Assembly: GCF_000006765.1 (NCBI RefSeq)
Contig: NC_002516.2
Reading direction: 5' to 3' (one strand)
DNA length: 64,000 nt
Source of the DNA: Pseudomonas aeruginosa PAO1
GTDB taxonomy: Bacteria; Pseudomonadota; Gammaproteobacteria; Pseudomonadales; Pseudomonadaceae
Part shown: one piece after another, positions 1 to 16,331 of the stretch
Layout: every line of letters starts with the position of its first letter
Position numbering within the stretch: the first letter of the stretch is position 1
Program-made: the position numbers and the translations under genes
Notes under the pieces: model-generated
The model's input: only the letters and a program-made list of their open reading frames with translations
The model's database searches: none
What the model was told of the DNA's origin: nothing

Positions 1-72
1 CGGCCGGGTGCTCGACAGCGTTCGCCATCATCGGCCGCGGAATCCCGCGCAACCCTCGAACAAGGAGCCACA

Positions 73-795
73 GTGACTCTCATCTATGGACATCGCGGCG
101 CCAAGGGCGAAGCGCCGGAAAACACCCTGGCCAGCTTCCAGCGCTGCCTGGAGCATGGCGTCAACCGTTGCGAACTGGACCTGCACCTGTCCCGCGACGG
201 CGAACTGATGGTGATCCACGACCCGACCCTGAAGCGCACCACCGGCCGCCGCGGCAAGGTCGCCGAACACGACGCGGCCACCCTGGCCACCTACGACGCG
301 CGCAAGGGCGGCCCCGGCTGGGTACGGCCGACGCCGATCCCGCGGCTGGAGGAGCTGTTCGAGAAGTGCCCGTTCGAGCACTGGCAGCTGGAAGTGAAGA
401 GCGCCTCGCGCGAACGCGCGGCGCGGACGGTAACGCGGATCAGGGAGCTGACCGAGCGCTTCGGCAACCGCGACAAGGTCACCGTCACCAGCGGTTCGCG
501 GACCGTGCTCAAGGCCCTCAACGAACTGACCCCAGAGCTGTCGCGCGGGCTGGTCGCCGAATACGCCTGGCTCGACCCGCTGAAGGTCGCCCAGCACTAT
601 GGCTGTGCCCTGCTCGCCCTGAACTGGACCCTATGCACCCCGGAACGCCTGCTCAAGGCCCAGCGCCAGGGGCTTCACGTCTCGGTGTGGACGGTCAACG
701 AACCGGCGCTGATGCGCCGGCTCGCCGACTTCGGCGTGGACAGCCTGATCACAGACTTTCCCGGTTTGGCCAGCGCCACCCTCGGGAATCGCTGA
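73..795 (+). CDS. Glycerophosphodiester phosphodiesterase (GDPD family)
   Basis: 240 aa, GTG start. Motifs GHRGAKGEAPENTLASF, ELDLHLS and VWTVN...DSLITDFP are typical of GDPD/UgpQ. Confidence 0.92.
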   Translation: MTLIYGHRGAKGEAPENTLASFQRCLEHGVNRCELDLHLSRDGELMVIHDPTLKRTTGRRGKVAEHDAATLATYDARKGGPGWVRPTPIPRLEELFEKCPFEHWQLEVKSASRERAARTVTRIRELTERFGNRDKVTVTSGSRTVLKALNELTPELSRGLVAEYAWLDPLKVAQHYGCALLALNWTLCTPERLLKAQRQGLHVSVWTVNEPALMRRLADFGVDSLITDFPGLASATLGNR

Positions 796-804
796 GCACA
801 TCCC

Positions 805-833
805 CTCCGGCCGGCTCAGGCCGCCGGCCGGAG
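805..833. terminator. GC-rich hairpin between convergent GDPD and sthA
   Basis: CTCCGGCCGGC-N7-GCCGGCCGGAG, a perfect 11-bp stem with weak U-tracts. Confidence 0.6.
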
Positions 834-837
834 TCCT

Positions 838-2232
838 TCAAAAAAGCCGGTTGAGGCCGTCGAACGCCGCTACCCGATAGGCTTCCGCCATGGTCGGGTA
901 GTTGAAGGTGGTGTTGACGAAGTACTTCAGGGTATTCAGCTCGCCCGGCTGGTTCATGATCGCCTGGCCGATGTGGACGATTTCCGAAGCCTGGTCGCCG
1001 AAGCAGTGCACGCCGAGGATCTCCAGGGTCTCGCGATGGAACAGGATCTTCAGCATGCCCACCGGCTCGTTGGAAATCTGCGCCCGGGCCATGCCCTTGA
1101 AGAACGCCTTGCCCACTTCGTAGGGAATCTTCGCCGCGGTCAGTTCGCTTTCGTTCTTGCCGATCGAGCTGATCTCCGGAATGGTGTAGATGCCGGTCGG
1201 CACATCGTTGACGAAGCGCCAGCTGTCGCTCTCGACGATGTTGCCGGCGGCCGAGCGGCCCTGGTCGTAGGCAGCGCTGGCCAGGCTCGGCCAGCCGATC
1301 ACGTCGCCAGCGGCGAAGATGTTGCTCACCGAAGTGCGGTAGTTCTCGTCCACCTCGATCTGGCCACGGCTGTTGACCTTGATGCCGACGTTCTCCAGGC
1401 CGAGCTTGTCGGTGTTGCCGGTCCGGCCGTTGCACCAGAGCAGCGCGTCCGCCTTGATCTTCTTGCCCGACTTCAGGTGCAGGATGACACCGTTGTCCAG
1501 CCCCTCGACGCGCTCGTACTCCTCGTTGTGGCGGATCAGCACGTTGTTGTTGCGCAGGTGGTAGCTCAGCGCATCGGAAATCTCGTCATCGAGGAAGCTG
1601 AGCAACTGGTCGCGCGTATCGATCAGGTCCACCAGCACGCCCAGGCCGCTGAAGATCGACGCGTATTCGCAGCCGATCACCCCGGCTCCGTAGATGATCA
1701 GCCGGCGCGGGGTGTGGCTCAGGGACAGGATGGTGTCGCTGTCGTAGACCCGCGGGTGGTTGAAATTGATGTCCGAAGGACGATACGGGCGCGAGCCGGT
1801 GGCGATCACGAACTGGTCGGCGACCAGGCGCTCCACCGCGCCGCTCGGCGTCACCACTTCGACGGTGCGTTCGTCGACGAAGCTGGCGGTGCCGGTGAAC
1901 ATGTCGATGCGATTGCGCGCGTAGTAGCCGGTACGCGAAGCGACCTGCTTGGAGATCACCCGGTCGGCGCTCTTCAGCACGTCGGGGAAGGAGAACCAGC
2001 GCGGCTCGCCGATCTGGCGGAACATCGGGTTGGTGTTGAACTCGATGATCTGCTTCACCGAGTGGCGCAGGGCCTTGGAAGGAATGGTGCCGAGGTGCGT
2101 GCAGTTGCCTCCGACCACGCGACGGCTGTCGACTACCGCCAGCTTGCGTCCGTACTTGGAGGCGTTCATCGCCGCCCCTTCGCCCGCCGGACCCGTGCCC
2201 AAAATCACCACGTCGTAGTTGTAGACAGCCAT
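838..2232 (-). CDS. sthA: Soluble pyridine nucleotide transhydrogenase
   Basis: 464 aa. [13 protein letters not shown] motif, [15 protein letters not shown], second Rossmann YGAGVIG and C-terminal [10 protein letters not shown]. Confidence 0.97.
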
Positions 2233-2410
2233 GCGTACTCCTCAGAACAGGCCGAGGCGCCCACTGGCGCCTCCGGCAAAGCCGCTGCACAACATGTGCG
2301 CGGCGGATCGATTCGATCATCGGGTCGGTGCGAACGACGGCATTCGCCGGGCAAGGCTCGGTCCGACCTCGAGGCGGGCATATGTTACGCCCTGTGCGAA
2401 ATGTCGCACA

Positions 2411-2638
2411 TTAGCGTTTGGTCGCGTCGTAGGCGAGTTTTCCGGGCACTACAGATTCGTCGCGGTTGGCTTCCTCGCATTTCTGCCGGTCGCCGCCGCA
2501 GATCGAGCATTCCTTCTCGATCCCCAGGTTGGCGATGCCGCCGCAGGAACCGGCGATCGGCTTGCGGCCCATGATGACGCCGATGGACATGCCGAAGACC
2601 ACCAGCAGCATGATGACGAAGACCAGTAGCCAGGTCAT
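2411..2638 (-). CDS. nqrM: NQR maturation factor NqrM
   Basis: 75 aa within the longer ORF 2411..3178, starting MTWLLVF. One TM helix, then GSCGG and three more Cys. Last gene of the nqr-apbE operon. Confidence 0.88.
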   Translation of the reverse strand: MTWLLVFVIMLLVVFGMSIGVIMGRKPIAGSCGGIANLGIEKECSICGGDRQKCEEANRDESVVPGKLAYDATKR

Positions 2639-3663
2639 GGACGTTCTCCTTGGTTGCCGAACAGTTGCTCGTAGCGTGGCGTGGTGCGGCTGTCGAAACC
2701 GTTGCCCTGGCGACTGACGAACAGCGCCGCCAGTCGGTGCTTCTCGGCGAAACGGTAGCCCTCCTCCGGACCGAGCACCATCAGCAGGGTCGACAGGCCG
2801 TCGGCGTTGCGCGTCGACGGATCGATCACCGTGACCGAAGCCAGGTGATGGTCGATCGGCGCGCCGGTGCGCGGGTCGAAGGTGTGCGAATAGCGCTGGC
2901 CGTTCTCTTCGAAATAGTTGCGGTAATCGCCCGAGGTCGAGACGCCGTAGCCGTCCAGCGCCAGTACCTGCTGGGCGACCCGCTGGCCCTCGCGCGGCGC
3001 TTCGATAGCGATGCGCCAGGGCGTGCCGTCCGGCTTGCGCCCTTCGGCTTTCAACTCGCCGGTGATTTCCGCCAGGTAGCTGCGCACGCCAAGCTCCTTC
3101 AGGCGTTCGCCTACCGCGTCCACCGTATAGCCAGCGGCGATGCTGTCGAAGTCCAGCTGTACGGCGGCGTCCTTGCACAGGCGCTGGCCGTCGATGCGCA
3201 GGTGTCGATGGCCGACGTCACGGCGCACCGCGGCGATCTGCTCGGCGCTGGGAACCTTCTCCACCCGCGCCTGCGGACCGAAGCCCCAGAGGTTCATCAG
3301 CGGCTCGACGGTCATGTCGAAGGCGCCCTGGCTCTGTTCCGACAACTCGCCGCCGTAGCGCAGCAACTCCAGCATCGGTAGCGGCAGCTCCATGCAGGAC
3401 TGCGCCGGCAGCGCATTGAAACGCGAGACCAGGGAATCGTCGCGGTAGGTGGACATCTGCCGGTCGACCTCGGCGAGGATCGCCTCCACCGCGGCTTTCG
3501 CCGTCTGGACGTCGGGCGCCGAGGCGCCGCGCACGTACTTGATCGAATAGGTGCTGCCCATGGTCGGGCCGCCGAAGCTTTCCAGGGTGTCGCCGCAACC
3601 GGCCAGGACCAGCGCCAGCGCTGCCAGTCCGGCCATGGCAAGCGGACGGAAACGCTCAGCCAC
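2635..3663 (-). CDS. apbE: FAD:protein FMN transferase ApbE (lipoprotein)
   Basis: 342 aa. Lipobox [33 protein letters not shown]. Overlaps the nqrF stop. Confidence 0.95.
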   Translation of the reverse strand: MAERFRPLAMAGLAALALVLAGCGDTLESFGGPTMGSTYSIKYVRGASAPDVQTAKAAVEAILAEVDRQMSTYRDDSLVSRFNALPAQSCMELPLPMLELLRYGGELSEQSQGAFDMTVEPLMNLWGFGPQARVEKVPSAEQIAAVRRDVGHRHLRIDGQRLCKDAAVQLDFDSIAAGYTVDAVGERLKELGVRSYLAEITGELKAEGRKPDGTPWRIAIEAPREGQRVAQQVLALDGYGVSTSGDYRNYFEENGQRYSHTFDPRTGAPIDHHLASVTVIDPSTRNADGLSTLLMVLGPEEGYRFAEKHRLAALFVSRQGNGFDSRTTPRYEQLFGNQGERP

Positions 3664-4879
3664 CGAAATCGTCCAGCAGGATATTCTCGCGCTCCACGCC
3701 CAGGTCGGTGAGCATCTTGATCACCGCGGCATTCATCATCGGCGGGCCGCACATGTAGAACTCGCAGTCCTCGGGCGCCGGGTGGTCCTTCAGGTAGTTC
3801 TCGAACAGCACGTTGTGGATGAAACCGGTCAGGCCGGTCCAGTTGTCCTCCGGCTGCGGGTCGGACAGCGCCAGGTGCCACTGGAAGTTGGGGTTCTCCG
3901 CCTGCAGCTGGTCGTACTCCTCGGTATAGAAGGCCTCGCGCAGCGAGCGCGCGCCGTACCAGAAGCTGATCTTGCGGTTCGACTTGAGCCGGCGCAACTG
4001 GTCGAAGATGTGCGAACGCATCGGCGCCATGCCGGCGCCGCCGCCGATGAAGACCATCTCGGCCTCGGTGTCCTTGGCGAAGAACTCGCCGAACGGCCCG
4101 TACACGGTGACCTTGTCGCCCGGCTTGAGGTTGAACACCCAGGACGACATCTGCCCCGGCGGCAGGTCGCTGCCCGGCGGCGGCGAGGCGATGCGGATGT
4201 TGAACTTGACCACGCCCTTCTCTTCCGGGTAGTTGGCCATCGAGTAGGCGCGGATCACCGTCTCGTCGACCTTCGACACGTAGCGCCACATGTTGAACTT
4301 GTCCCAGTCGCCGCGATATTCCGGCTGGATATCGAAGTCCTTGTACTCGACCACGTGCGGCGGGCATTCCAGCTGCACGTAGCCGCCGGCACGAAAGTCC
4401 ACGCTCTCGCCGTCCGGCAGGCGCAGGGTGAGTTCCTTGATGAAGGTGGCGACGTTGGGGTTGGACTCCACCGTGCACTCCCATTTCTTCACCCCGAAGA
4501 CCTCTTCAGGCACGCGGATCTGCATATCCTGCTTGACCGGCGTCTGGCACGACAGGCGCCAGCCTTCCTTCGCCTGGCGCCGGGTGAAGTGCGACTCCTC
4601 GGTCGGCAGCATCTCGCCGCCGCCCTCGACCACCACGCATTTGCACTGCGCGCAGGTGCCGCCGCCGCCGCAGGCGGAAGACAGGAACACGTTGTTCGCC
4701 GCCAGGGTTTGCAGCAGCTTGCCGCCGGCCGGCACGGTCAGGCTGTGCTCGCCGTTGATCTGGATGGTCACGTCGCCACTCGACACCAGCTTGGCGCGGG
4801 CGACCAGGATGATCGCCACCAGGCCCAGGACGATGGCGGTGAACATGCCGATGGCCAGGAAAATCTCGAATCCGATCAC
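3656..4879 (-). CDS. nqrF: NADH:quinone oxidoreductase subunit F
   Basis: 407 aa. 2Fe-2S motif [12 protein letters not shown]...[26 protein letters not shown]. Confidence 0.98.
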   Translation of the reverse strand: MIGFEIFLAIGMFTAIVLGLVAIILVARAKLVSSGDVTIQINGEHSLTVPAGGKLLQTLAANNVFLSSACGGGGTCAQCKCVVVEGGGEMLPTEESHFTRRQAKEGWRLSCQTPVKQDMQIRVPEEVFGVKKWECTVESNPNVATFIKELTLRLPDGESVDFRAGGYVQLECPPHVVEYKDFDIQPEYRGDWDKFNMWRYVSKVDETVIRAYSMANYPEEKGVVKFNIRIASPPPGSDLPPGQMSSWVFNLKPGDKVTVYGPFGEFFAKDTEAEMVFIGGGAGMAPMRSHIFDQLRRLKSNRKISFWYGARSLREAFYTEEYDQLQAENPNFQWHLALSDPQPEDNWTGLTGFIHNVLFENYLKDHPAPEDCEFYMCGPPMMNAAVIKMLTDLGVERENILLDDFGG

Positions 4880-4889
4880 GGGCCTCTCC

Positions 4890-5498
4890 TTACAACTGCA
4901 CGCCGGAGAACGACATGAAGCCCAACGACATCAGGCCGATGGTGATGAAGGTGATCCCCAGGCCCTGCAGGCCCTCGGGGACGTCGCTGTACTTGAGCTT
5001 CTCGCGGATACCCGCCAGCGCGGCGATCGCCAGCGCCCAGGAAAAGCCCGAGCCGACGCCGTACACCGTGCTCTCGGCAAGGTTGTAGTCGCGCTCGACC
5101 ATGAACAGCGAGCCGGCCATGATCGCGCAGTTCACCGTGATCAGCGGCAGGAACACGCCCAGCGCGTTGTAGAGGCTGGGTACGTACTTGTCGAGGAGCA
5201 TCTCGAGGATCTGCACGATGGCGGCGATCACCCCGATGTAGCTGAGCAGGCCGAGGAAGCTCAGGTCCACCTCGGGCAGCCCGGCCCAGGCCAGCGCGCC
5301 GTCCTTGAGCAGGTAGGTGTAGATCAGGTTGTTGGCCGGCACGGTGATGGTCTGCACCACGATCACCGCGATACCCAGGCCGATGGCGGTCTCCACCTTC
5401 TTCGAGATGGCGATGAAGGTACACATGCCGAGGAAGAACGCCAGCGCCATGTTCTCGACGAACACGGCTTTCACGAACAGGCTGATGTAGTGCTCCAT
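4890..5498 (-). CDS. nqrE: NQR subunit E
   Basis: 202 aa membrane protein. [16 protein letters not shown] and [10 protein letters not shown]. Confidence 0.97.
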   Translation of the reverse strand: MEHYISLFVKAVFVENMALAFFLGMCTFIAISKKVETAIGLGIAVIVVQTITVPANNLIYTYLLKDGALAWAGLPEVDLSFLGLLSYIGVIAAIVQILEMLLDKYVPSLYNALGVFLPLITVNCAIMAGSLFMVERDYNLAESTVYGVGSGFSWALAIAALAGIREKLKYSDVPEGLQGLGITFITIGLMSLGFMSFSGVQL

Positions 5499-6169
5499 CA
5501 GTAAGCCTCCTTGCTGGATACCTGCGGGGCCATCTTGTAGGTCGGGGCCTCGACCTGGTCTTTCTTCCAGGTCCGCAGGGCCCAGATGATCAGGCCGATC
5601 AGGAAGAACGCCGAAGGCGGCAACAGGAGCAGGCCGTTCGGCTGGTACCAGCCGCCATCGTTGACCGTCGGCAACACGCTGATGCCGTAGAGCTTGCCGG
5701 CGCCGAACAGCTCGCGGACGAAGCCCAGCACCAGCAGCATGGCGCTGTAGCCGAGACCGTTGCCGATGCCGTCGAAGAACGACACGAGCGGCGGGTTGGC
5801 CATGGCGAAGGCTTCGGCGCGGCCCATCACGATGCAGTTGGTGATGATCAGCCCGACGAACACCGAGAGCTGCTTGCTCAGGCTATAGGCATAGGCCTTG
5901 AGCACCTGGTCGACGACGATCACCAGCGAGGCGATGATCACCATCTGCACGATCATCCGGATCGAGCTGGGAATCTGCCGGCGGATCATCGAGATGAACA
6001 GGTTGGAGAAGCCGGTCACCAGGGTCAGGGCGATGGCCATGACGGTAGCGGTCTTCAGGTTCGAGGTTACCGCCAGCGCCGAGCAGATCCCGAGGATCTG
6101 CAGGCCGATCGGATTGTTCTGGAAGACCGGATTGAACAGGACTTCGCGGATCGTGGGTTGAGCAGCCAT
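5498..6169 (-). CDS. nqrD: NQR subunit D
   Basis: 223 aa from [10 protein letters not shown], inside ORF 5498..6904. [10 protein letters not shown] and [22 protein letters not shown] coupling with nqrC. Confidence 0.96.
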   Translation of the reverse strand: MAAQPTIREVLFNPVFQNNPIGLQILGICSALAVTSNLKTATVMAIALTLVTGFSNLFISMIRRQIPSSIRMIVQMVIIASLVIVVDQVLKAYAYSLSKQLSVFVGLIITNCIVMGRAEAFAMANPPLVSFFDGIGNGLGYSAMLLVLGFVRELFGAGKLYGISVLPTVNDGGWYQPNGLLLLPPSAFFLIGLIIWALRTWKKDQVEAPTYKMAPQVSSKEAY

Positions 6170-6954
6170 CACGCCTCCCCTTTGCGCAGATTGGCGAGGA
6201 AGGCGTCGAAACCGTCCTTGCCGAGCCAGAAATGCAGCAGGTTGTCGACACCCTTGCTGGTCAGGGTGGCGCCGGCCAGGCCGTCGACCTGGTGGGTCGC
6301 CTTCGCCGACTGCGGGTCCACCGAGCCCTTGATGATCTGTACCGCAAGATCGCCCTGGGCGTCGTAGAGGGTCTTGCCGACCCACAGCGCCTTCCATTTC
6401 GGATTGTCGACCTCGCCGCCGAGACCGGGGGTCTCGCCATGCTGGTAGAAGCCGAAGCCGGCGACCGTGTTGAGGTCGCCCTTGAGCGCCAGGAAGCCGT
6501 AGAGGGTCGACCACAGACCGTAGCCGCGCACCGGCAGGATCAGGGTGTCGAGCTTGCCGTCGGTCTCCACCAGGTAGACCGTGGTATAGCGCTCGCGGCG
6601 CTTGATCGAGGCGATGTCCTCGGCGGCGGGCAGCGCATCCGACAGCGCCGGGTCCTTGGCCGCTTTCAGCGGGTCGTAGCCGAGCGGGTCCTGGGCATCG
6701 CTGAAGGTGCCGCTCTGCAGGTCGACCACCTTGGCGGTGATGCGACTGTCGAACAGCGCCTTGACCTCTTTGCCGGACATGCCCGGCTCGCCGAGACCAG
6801 CGATGGCGAGGATGCTGCGCTGCTTGTCGAGCAGGCGGTTTTCCGCCTGGGTCGGCTTCAGCGCCACCGCCGCGCCGGCGACGAACACCGAGCTGACCAG
6901 GCACACCACCAGGGCTACCAGCAGTGTGCGGGTGGTGGATTCTTGATTAGCCAT
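6169..6954 (-). CDS. nqrC: NQR subunit C
   Basis: 261 aa. [21 protein letters not shown] and FMN site [11 protein letters not shown]. Confidence 0.97.
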   Translation of the reverse strand: MANQESTTRTLLVALVVCLVSSVFVAGAAVALKPTQAENRLLDKQRSILAIAGLGEPGMSGKEVKALFDSRITAKVVDLQSGTFSDAQDPLGYDPLKAAKDPALSDALPAAEDIASIKRRERYTTVYLVETDGKLDTLILPVRGYGLWSTLYGFLALKGDLNTVAGFGFYQHGETPGLGGEVDNPKWKALWVGKTLYDAQGDLAVQIIKGSVDPQSAKATHQVDGLAGATLTSKGVDNLLHFWLGKDGFDAFLANLRKGEA

Positions 6955-8158
6955 TGCGCGCCAGCCTCCGCTTGATGTTGGCCTGAACGACGAAATGGTC
7001 GATCAGCGGTGCGAACAGGTTGGCGAACAGGATCGCCAGCATCATGCCTTCCGGGAACGCCGGGTTGACCACCCGGATCAGCATGACCATCACTCCGATC
7101 AGGGCGCCGAACAGCCACTTGCCGGTATCGGTCATGGACGCCGAGACCGGGTCGGTGGCCATGAAGATCATGCCGAAGGCGAAGCCGCCGGTGACCAGGT
7201 GCCAATACCAGGGCATGGCGAACATCGGGTTGCTGGCCGAGCCGATGGCGTTGAACAGGTAGCTCATGGCGACCATCCCCAGCATCACCCCGGCGACGAT
7301 GCGCCAGGAGGCGATGCGGGTCAGCAGCAGCACGGCGCCGCCGATGAAGATCGCCAGGGTGCTGGTCTCGCCCATCGAACCCTGCATGTGGCCGAGGAAG
7401 GCATCCATCCAGGTCAAGCCGTGGCCGAGGATGTTGTCCACGCCGCCGGCGGCGGCCAGGCTCAGCGAGGTGGCGCCGGCGAAGCCGTCCACCGAGGTCC
7501 ATACCGCGTCGCCGGACATCTGCGCCGGGTAGGCGAAGAACAGGAAGGCCCGGCCGACCAGTGCCGGATTGAGGAAGTTCTTCCCGGTGCCGCCGAACAC
7601 TTCCTTGCCCAGCACCACGCCGAAGCTGATCCCCAGGGCTACCTGCCACAACGGGACGGACGGCGGCAGGGTCAGGGCGAACAGCACCGAGGTGACGAAG
7701 AAGCCTTCGTTGACCTCGTGGCGGCGGATGCTGGCGAACAGCACCTCCCAGAAACCGCCGACGATGAAGGTGGTCAGGTACACCGGCAGGAAGTACGCGG
7801 CGCCCTGGACCAGGCAATCCCACAGGCTGTTCGGGTCGAACCCGGCCAGCGCGCCGATCAGGGCGAAGCGCCAGCCATCCTGGGCGCTCAACAGGTCGGG
7901 GCTCTGGGCGAAGATCAGGTTGGCCTGGTGGCCGACGTTGTACATGCCGAAGAACATCGCCGGGAAGGTGCATAGCCAGACGATGATCATCATGCGCTTC
8001 AGGTCGATGCCGTCGCGCACGTGTGCAGTGGTGCGGGTGACGCTGCCCGGACGATAGAGGAAGGTGTCCACGGCTTCGTACAGCGGGTACCACTTCTCGT
8101 AGCGCCCGCCCTTCTCGAAATGATGCTCGACCTTGTCGAGCAGGTTACGCAAACCCAT
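6947..8158 (-). CDS. nqrB: NQR subunit B
   Basis: 403 aa. [31 protein letters not shown] site [16 protein letters not shown]. Confidence 0.97.
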   Translation of the reverse strand: MGLRNLLDKVEHHFEKGGRYEKWYPLYEAVDTFLYRPGSVTRTTAHVRDGIDLKRMMIIVWLCTFPAMFFGMYNVGHQANLIFAQSPDLLSAQDGWRFALIGALAGFDPNSLWDCLVQGAAYFLPVYLTTFIVGGFWEVLFASIRRHEVNEGFFVTSVLFALTLPPSVPLWQVALGISFGVVLGKEVFGGTGKNFLNPALVGRAFLFFAYPAQMSGDAVWTSVDGFAGATSLSLAAAGGVDNILGHGLTWMDAFLGHMQGSMGETSTLAIFIGGAVLLLTRIASWRIVAGVMLGMVAMSYLFNAIGSASNPMFAMPWYWHLVTGGFAFGMIFMATDPVSASMTDTGKWLFGALIGVMVMLIRVVNPAFPEGMMLAILFANLFAPLIDHFVVQANIKRRLARNG

Positions 8159-8161
8159 GGC

Positions 8162-9508
<1,347 letters not shown>

Positions 9509-9709
9509 CTAGTGGTCGTGGACAGAAAAGACGAGGCCCAAGTCAGAAAATGACCATCATCGCGCGCAACGTACTGAATTGGCACGATTGATGAATGGCC
9601 CCGCAAGGTAACCCCGGGATTATAAAGAGCCACCTCCCCGGGAGCCACCCAAGCCGCACACCGGGTCTTGAAACGCGTAACAGAAAACGACAGAAAAACA
9701 TGCCCGTGC

Positions 9710-9739
9710 GAAATGAAAAACGGGAGCCGAAGCTCCCGT
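9710..9739. repeat. Direct repeat copy 1 (contains the aroP terminator)
   Basis: GAAATGAAAAACGGGAGCC-GAA-GCTCCCGT. The first 19 nt and the last 8 nt are identical to 11217..11248. Confidence 0.85.
9716..9739 (-). terminator. Rho-independent terminator of aroP
   Basis: Minus strand: CGGGAGC-TTCG-GCTCCCG followed by TTTTT. Confidence 0.85.
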
Positions 9740-9757
9740 CCTGCGCCACCCGCAGGC

Positions 9758-11167
9758 TCAGGCCTGCTGGCCGAGCCCGCGCCTTTCCGCCAGCGACAGC
9801 TTGACCCGGTAGCACAACCACATCAGCAGCAGCCAGAATGGAATGGCGTACACCGAGATGTTGATCCCGGGGATCATCAGCATGATGCCAAGGATGAACA
9901 ACACGAAGGCCAGGCACAGGTAGTTGCTGAACGGCGACCAGAGCGCCTTGAAGAAGGTGTCCACGCCCTGGCGCTTCATCGCCGCGCGGAACTTCAGGTG
10001 CGACAGGCTGATCATCGCCCAGTTGATCACCAGCGCCGCCACCACCAGCGACATCAGCAGCTCCAGCGCCTTGTGCGGCAATACGTAGTTGACGATCACG
10101 CAGAGGAAGGTGATCAGCGCCGAGACCAGGATCGACAGCACCGGCACGCCCCGGCGGTCCACCGACATCAGCACCTTCGGCGCGTCACCCTGGGCGGCCA
10201 GGCCGTAGAGCATCCGGCTGTTGCAGTAGACGCCGCTGTTGTAGACCGACAATGCCGCGGTGAGTACTACGAAGTTGAGGATGTTGGCCGCGGTGCCGCT
10301 GCCGATCAACGAGAAGATCTGCACGAACGGGCTGCCGCTGTAGTCGTCGCCGGAAGCGTTGATGGTCTCCACCAACTGGTCCCATGGATACAGCGAGAGC
10401 AGCACCGCCAGGGCGCCGATATAGAAGATCAGGATCCGGTAGATCACCTGGTTGATCGCCTTCGGGATCACCTTCCGCGGCTCGGACGCCTCGGCGGCGG
10501 TGATACCCACCAGCTCCAGCCCCCCGAAGGAGAACATGATGATCGCCAGGGTCATCACCAGGCCGCTGAGACCGTTGGGGAAGAAGCCGCCGCGGTCCCA
10601 CAGGTTGCTCACCGAGGCTTGCGGTCCGCCACCGCCGCCGACCAGCAGGTAGATACCGAGCAGGATCATGCCGACGATCGCCGCTACCTTGATGATCGCG
10701 AACCAGAACTCGGTCTCGCCGAAGGCTTTCACGTTGGCCAGGTTGATCGCGTTGATCAGCACGAAGAACGCCGCCGCCGTCGCCCAGGTCGGCACGTCCG
10801 GCCACCAATACTGGATGTACTTGCCCACCGCGGTCAGCTCCGACATGCCCACCAGGATGTACAGCACCCAGTAGTTCCAGCCGGAAAGGAAACCGGCGAA
10901 TCCGCCCCAGTACTTGTGTGCGAAGTGACTGAAGGAGCCGGCCACCGGCTCCTCGACGATCATCTCGCCGAGCTGGCGCATGATCAGGAAGGCGATGAAG
11001 CCGCCAATGGCGTAACCGAGGATCATCGACGGGCCGGCCGTCTTGATGACGCCCGCCGAGCCGAGGAACAGCCCGGTGCCGATCGCCCCGCCCAGCGCGA
11101 TCAACTGGATGTGGCGATTCTTCAGGCCACGCTTCAGCTCGCCCTGGTGCAGATGTTGACCATCCAT
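9758..11167 (-). CDS. aroP: Aromatic amino acid permease (APC family)
   Basis: 469 aa. LKRGLKNRHIQLIALGGAIGTGLFLGS, FGETEFWFA, FSFGGLELVG. Confidence 0.88.
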   Translation of the reverse strand: MDGQHLHQGELKRGLKNRHIQLIALGGAIGTGLFLGSAGVIKTAGPSMILGYAIGGFIAFLIMRQLGEMIVEEPVAGSFSHFAHKYWGGFAGFLSGWNYWVLYILVGMSELTAVGKYIQYWWPDVPTWATAAAFFVLINAINLANVKAFGETEFWFAIIKVAAIVGMILLGIYLLVGGGGGPQASVSNLWDRGGFFPNGLSGLVMTLAIIMFSFGGLELVGITAAEASEPRKVIPKAINQVIYRILIFYIGALAVLLSLYPWDQLVETINASGDDYSGSPFVQIFSLIGSGTAANILNFVVLTAALSVYNSGVYCNSRMLYGLAAQGDAPKVLMSVDRRGVPVLSILVSALITFLCVIVNYVLPHKALELLMSLVVAALVINWAMISLSHLKFRAAMKRQGVDTFFKALWSPFSNYLCLAFVLFILGIMLMIPGINISVYAIPFWLLLMWLCYRVKLSLAERRGLGQQA

Positions 11168-11216
11168 TGAAAAACCCTAAATCGAAGTGAGTAGTTTCTT
11201 GTTCTGGTTATCCACA

Positions 11217-11248
11217 GAAATGAAAAACGGGAGCCCGAGAGCTCCCGT
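11217..11248. repeat. Direct repeat copy 2 (contains the GAPDH terminator)
   Basis: GAAATGAAAAACGGGAGCC-CGAGA-GCTCCCGT. Confidence 0.85.
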
Positions 11249-11251
11249 TTT
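11223..11251 (-). terminator. Rho-independent terminator of the GAPDH gene
   Basis: AAAAACGGGAGC-CCGAGA-GCTCCCGTTTT, potentially bidirectional. Confidence 0.85.
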
Positions 11252-11268
11252 CCTCTACGCCTTGCGCA

Positions 11269-12735
11269 TCAACGCGGGAAGGCCGGCGGGTTGACCCCAG
11301 CCATGTCTTCCATCACGCGCACTACCTGGCAGCTGTAGCCGAACTCGTTGTCGTACCACACGTACAGGACGACACGGTTGTCGTTGCAGATGGTCGCCTC
11401 GGCGTCCACCACGCCGGCATGGCGCGAACCGACGAAGTCGGTGGAAACCACTTCCTGGGAGCTGACGAAGTCGATCTGCTTCTGCAGGTCCGAGTGCATG
11501 GCCATCTGGCGCAGGTACTCGTTGATCTCTTCGCGGGTGGTGGCCTTTTCCAGGTTCAGGTTGAGGATCGCCATGGACACGTTCGGCGTCGGCACGCGGA
11601 TCGCATTGCCGGTCAGCTTGCCTTTCAGCACCGGCAGGGCCTTGGCCGCGGCGGTGGCGGCACCGGTCTCGGTGATCACCATGTTCAGCGGCGCGCTGCG
11701 GCCACGACGACTGCCCTTGTGGAAGTTGTCGATCAGGTTCTGGTCGTTGGTGTACGAGTGGACGGTCTCGACGTGACCGTTGACGATGCCGTACTGGTCG
11801 TTGACGGCCTTCAGCACCGGCACGATGGCGTTGGTGGTGCAGGAGGCGGCCGAGATGATCTTGTCGTCGGCGCCGATGTCGGTGTGGTTGATACCGTGCA
11901 CGATGTTCTTCAGCGCACCCTTGCCCGGAGCGGTAAGGACCACGCGATCGATCCCCGGGCACTTCAGGTGCTGGCCGAGGCCTTCGGCGTCGCGCCACTT
12001 GCCGGTGTTGTCGACCAGCAGGGCGTTCTTGATGCCGTACTGGGTGTAGTCGATCGACGCCGGGTCGTTGGAGTAGATCACCTGGATCAGGTTGCCGTTG
12101 GCGGTCAGCGTGTTGTTTTCTTCGTCGATGGTGATGGTGCCGTCGAACGGACCGTGCACCGAGTCCCGACGCAGCAGGCTGGCCCGCTTGACCAGGTCGT
12201 TCTCGGCGCCCTTGCGCACGACGATCGCGCGCAGGCGCAGGCCGTCGCCGCCGCCGGTCTTCTCGATCAGGATGCGCGCCAGCAGGCGGCCGATGCGGCC
12301 GAAGCCGTAGAGCACGACGTCGGTGCCTTCGCGGGCATCGCCGTTCTGCTTGCCGACCACCTCGGCCAGCTCGGCCTTGACGAAGTCCTCGATGCTGCGG
12401 CCGTTACCTTCTGCCTTGAACTTGGCGACCATCTTGCCCAGATCGACGGAAGCGGCGCCCAGCTTGAGCTCGCTCATCGCCTTGAGGATCGGGAACGTCT
12501 CGTGAACCGACAGCTCGGCGTCATCAGCCATGCGATGACGGGCGAAACGATGCGCCTTCATGATCGCGATCACCGAGCGGTTGATCAGACCACGGCCATG
12601 GATCGAGGTCACCACATTGTTATTGCGGTAGAGCTGGCCAATCAGCGGGATCATGGCTTCCGCGATGGCTTCACGATCGATCCATTCACCGAGACACTGG
12701 TCGGGCTTCTGAGTCACGGGCAATACCTTCCACAT
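11269..12735 (-). CDS. gap: Glyceraldehyde-3-phosphate dehydrogenase, long form with N-terminal extension
   Basis: GFGRIGR, catalytic ASCTTN and WYDNEFGY. Start uncertain: ATG 12735, GTG 12717 (GGAAGG upstream) or ATG 12654. Confidence 0.9.
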   Translation of the reverse strand: MWKVLPVTQKPDQCLGEWIDREAIAEAMIPLIGQLYRNNNVVTSIHGRGLINRSVIAIMKAHRFARHRMADDAELSVHETFPILKAMSELKLGAASVDLGKMVAKFKAEGNGRSIEDFVKAELAEVVGKQNGDAREGTDVVLYGFGRIGRLLARILIEKTGGGDGLRLRAIVVRKGAENDLVKRASLLRRDSVHGPFDGTITIDEENNTLTANGNLIQVIYSNDPASIDYTQYGIKNALLVDNTGKWRDAEGLGQHLKCPGIDRVVLTAPGKGALKNIVHGINHTDIGADDKIISAASCTTNAIVPVLKAVNDQYGIVNGHVETVHSYTNDQNLIDNFHKGSRRGRSAPLNMVITETGAATAAAKALPVLKGKLTGNAIRVPTPNVSMAILNLNLEKATTREEINEYLRQMAMHSDLQKQIDFVSSQEVVSTDFVGSRHAGVVDAEATICNDNRVVLYVWYDNEFGYSCQVVRVMEDMAGVNPPAFPR

Positions 12736-12874
12736 GTAGGGGATGAAAAAAGGGGCTACATTATGACCGCGCCGGCCAGGCTCGGCAATCTGCAGCAGTC
12801 GGAAGACTGACATCCAGCAGTCGGGAAAGTTACAATCCGGCGGGTCAAATTCCCGACCGGAGCCCAGCTTGCCC

Positions 12875-16321
<3,447 letters not shown>

Positions 16322-16331
16322 GGATTAGCCT

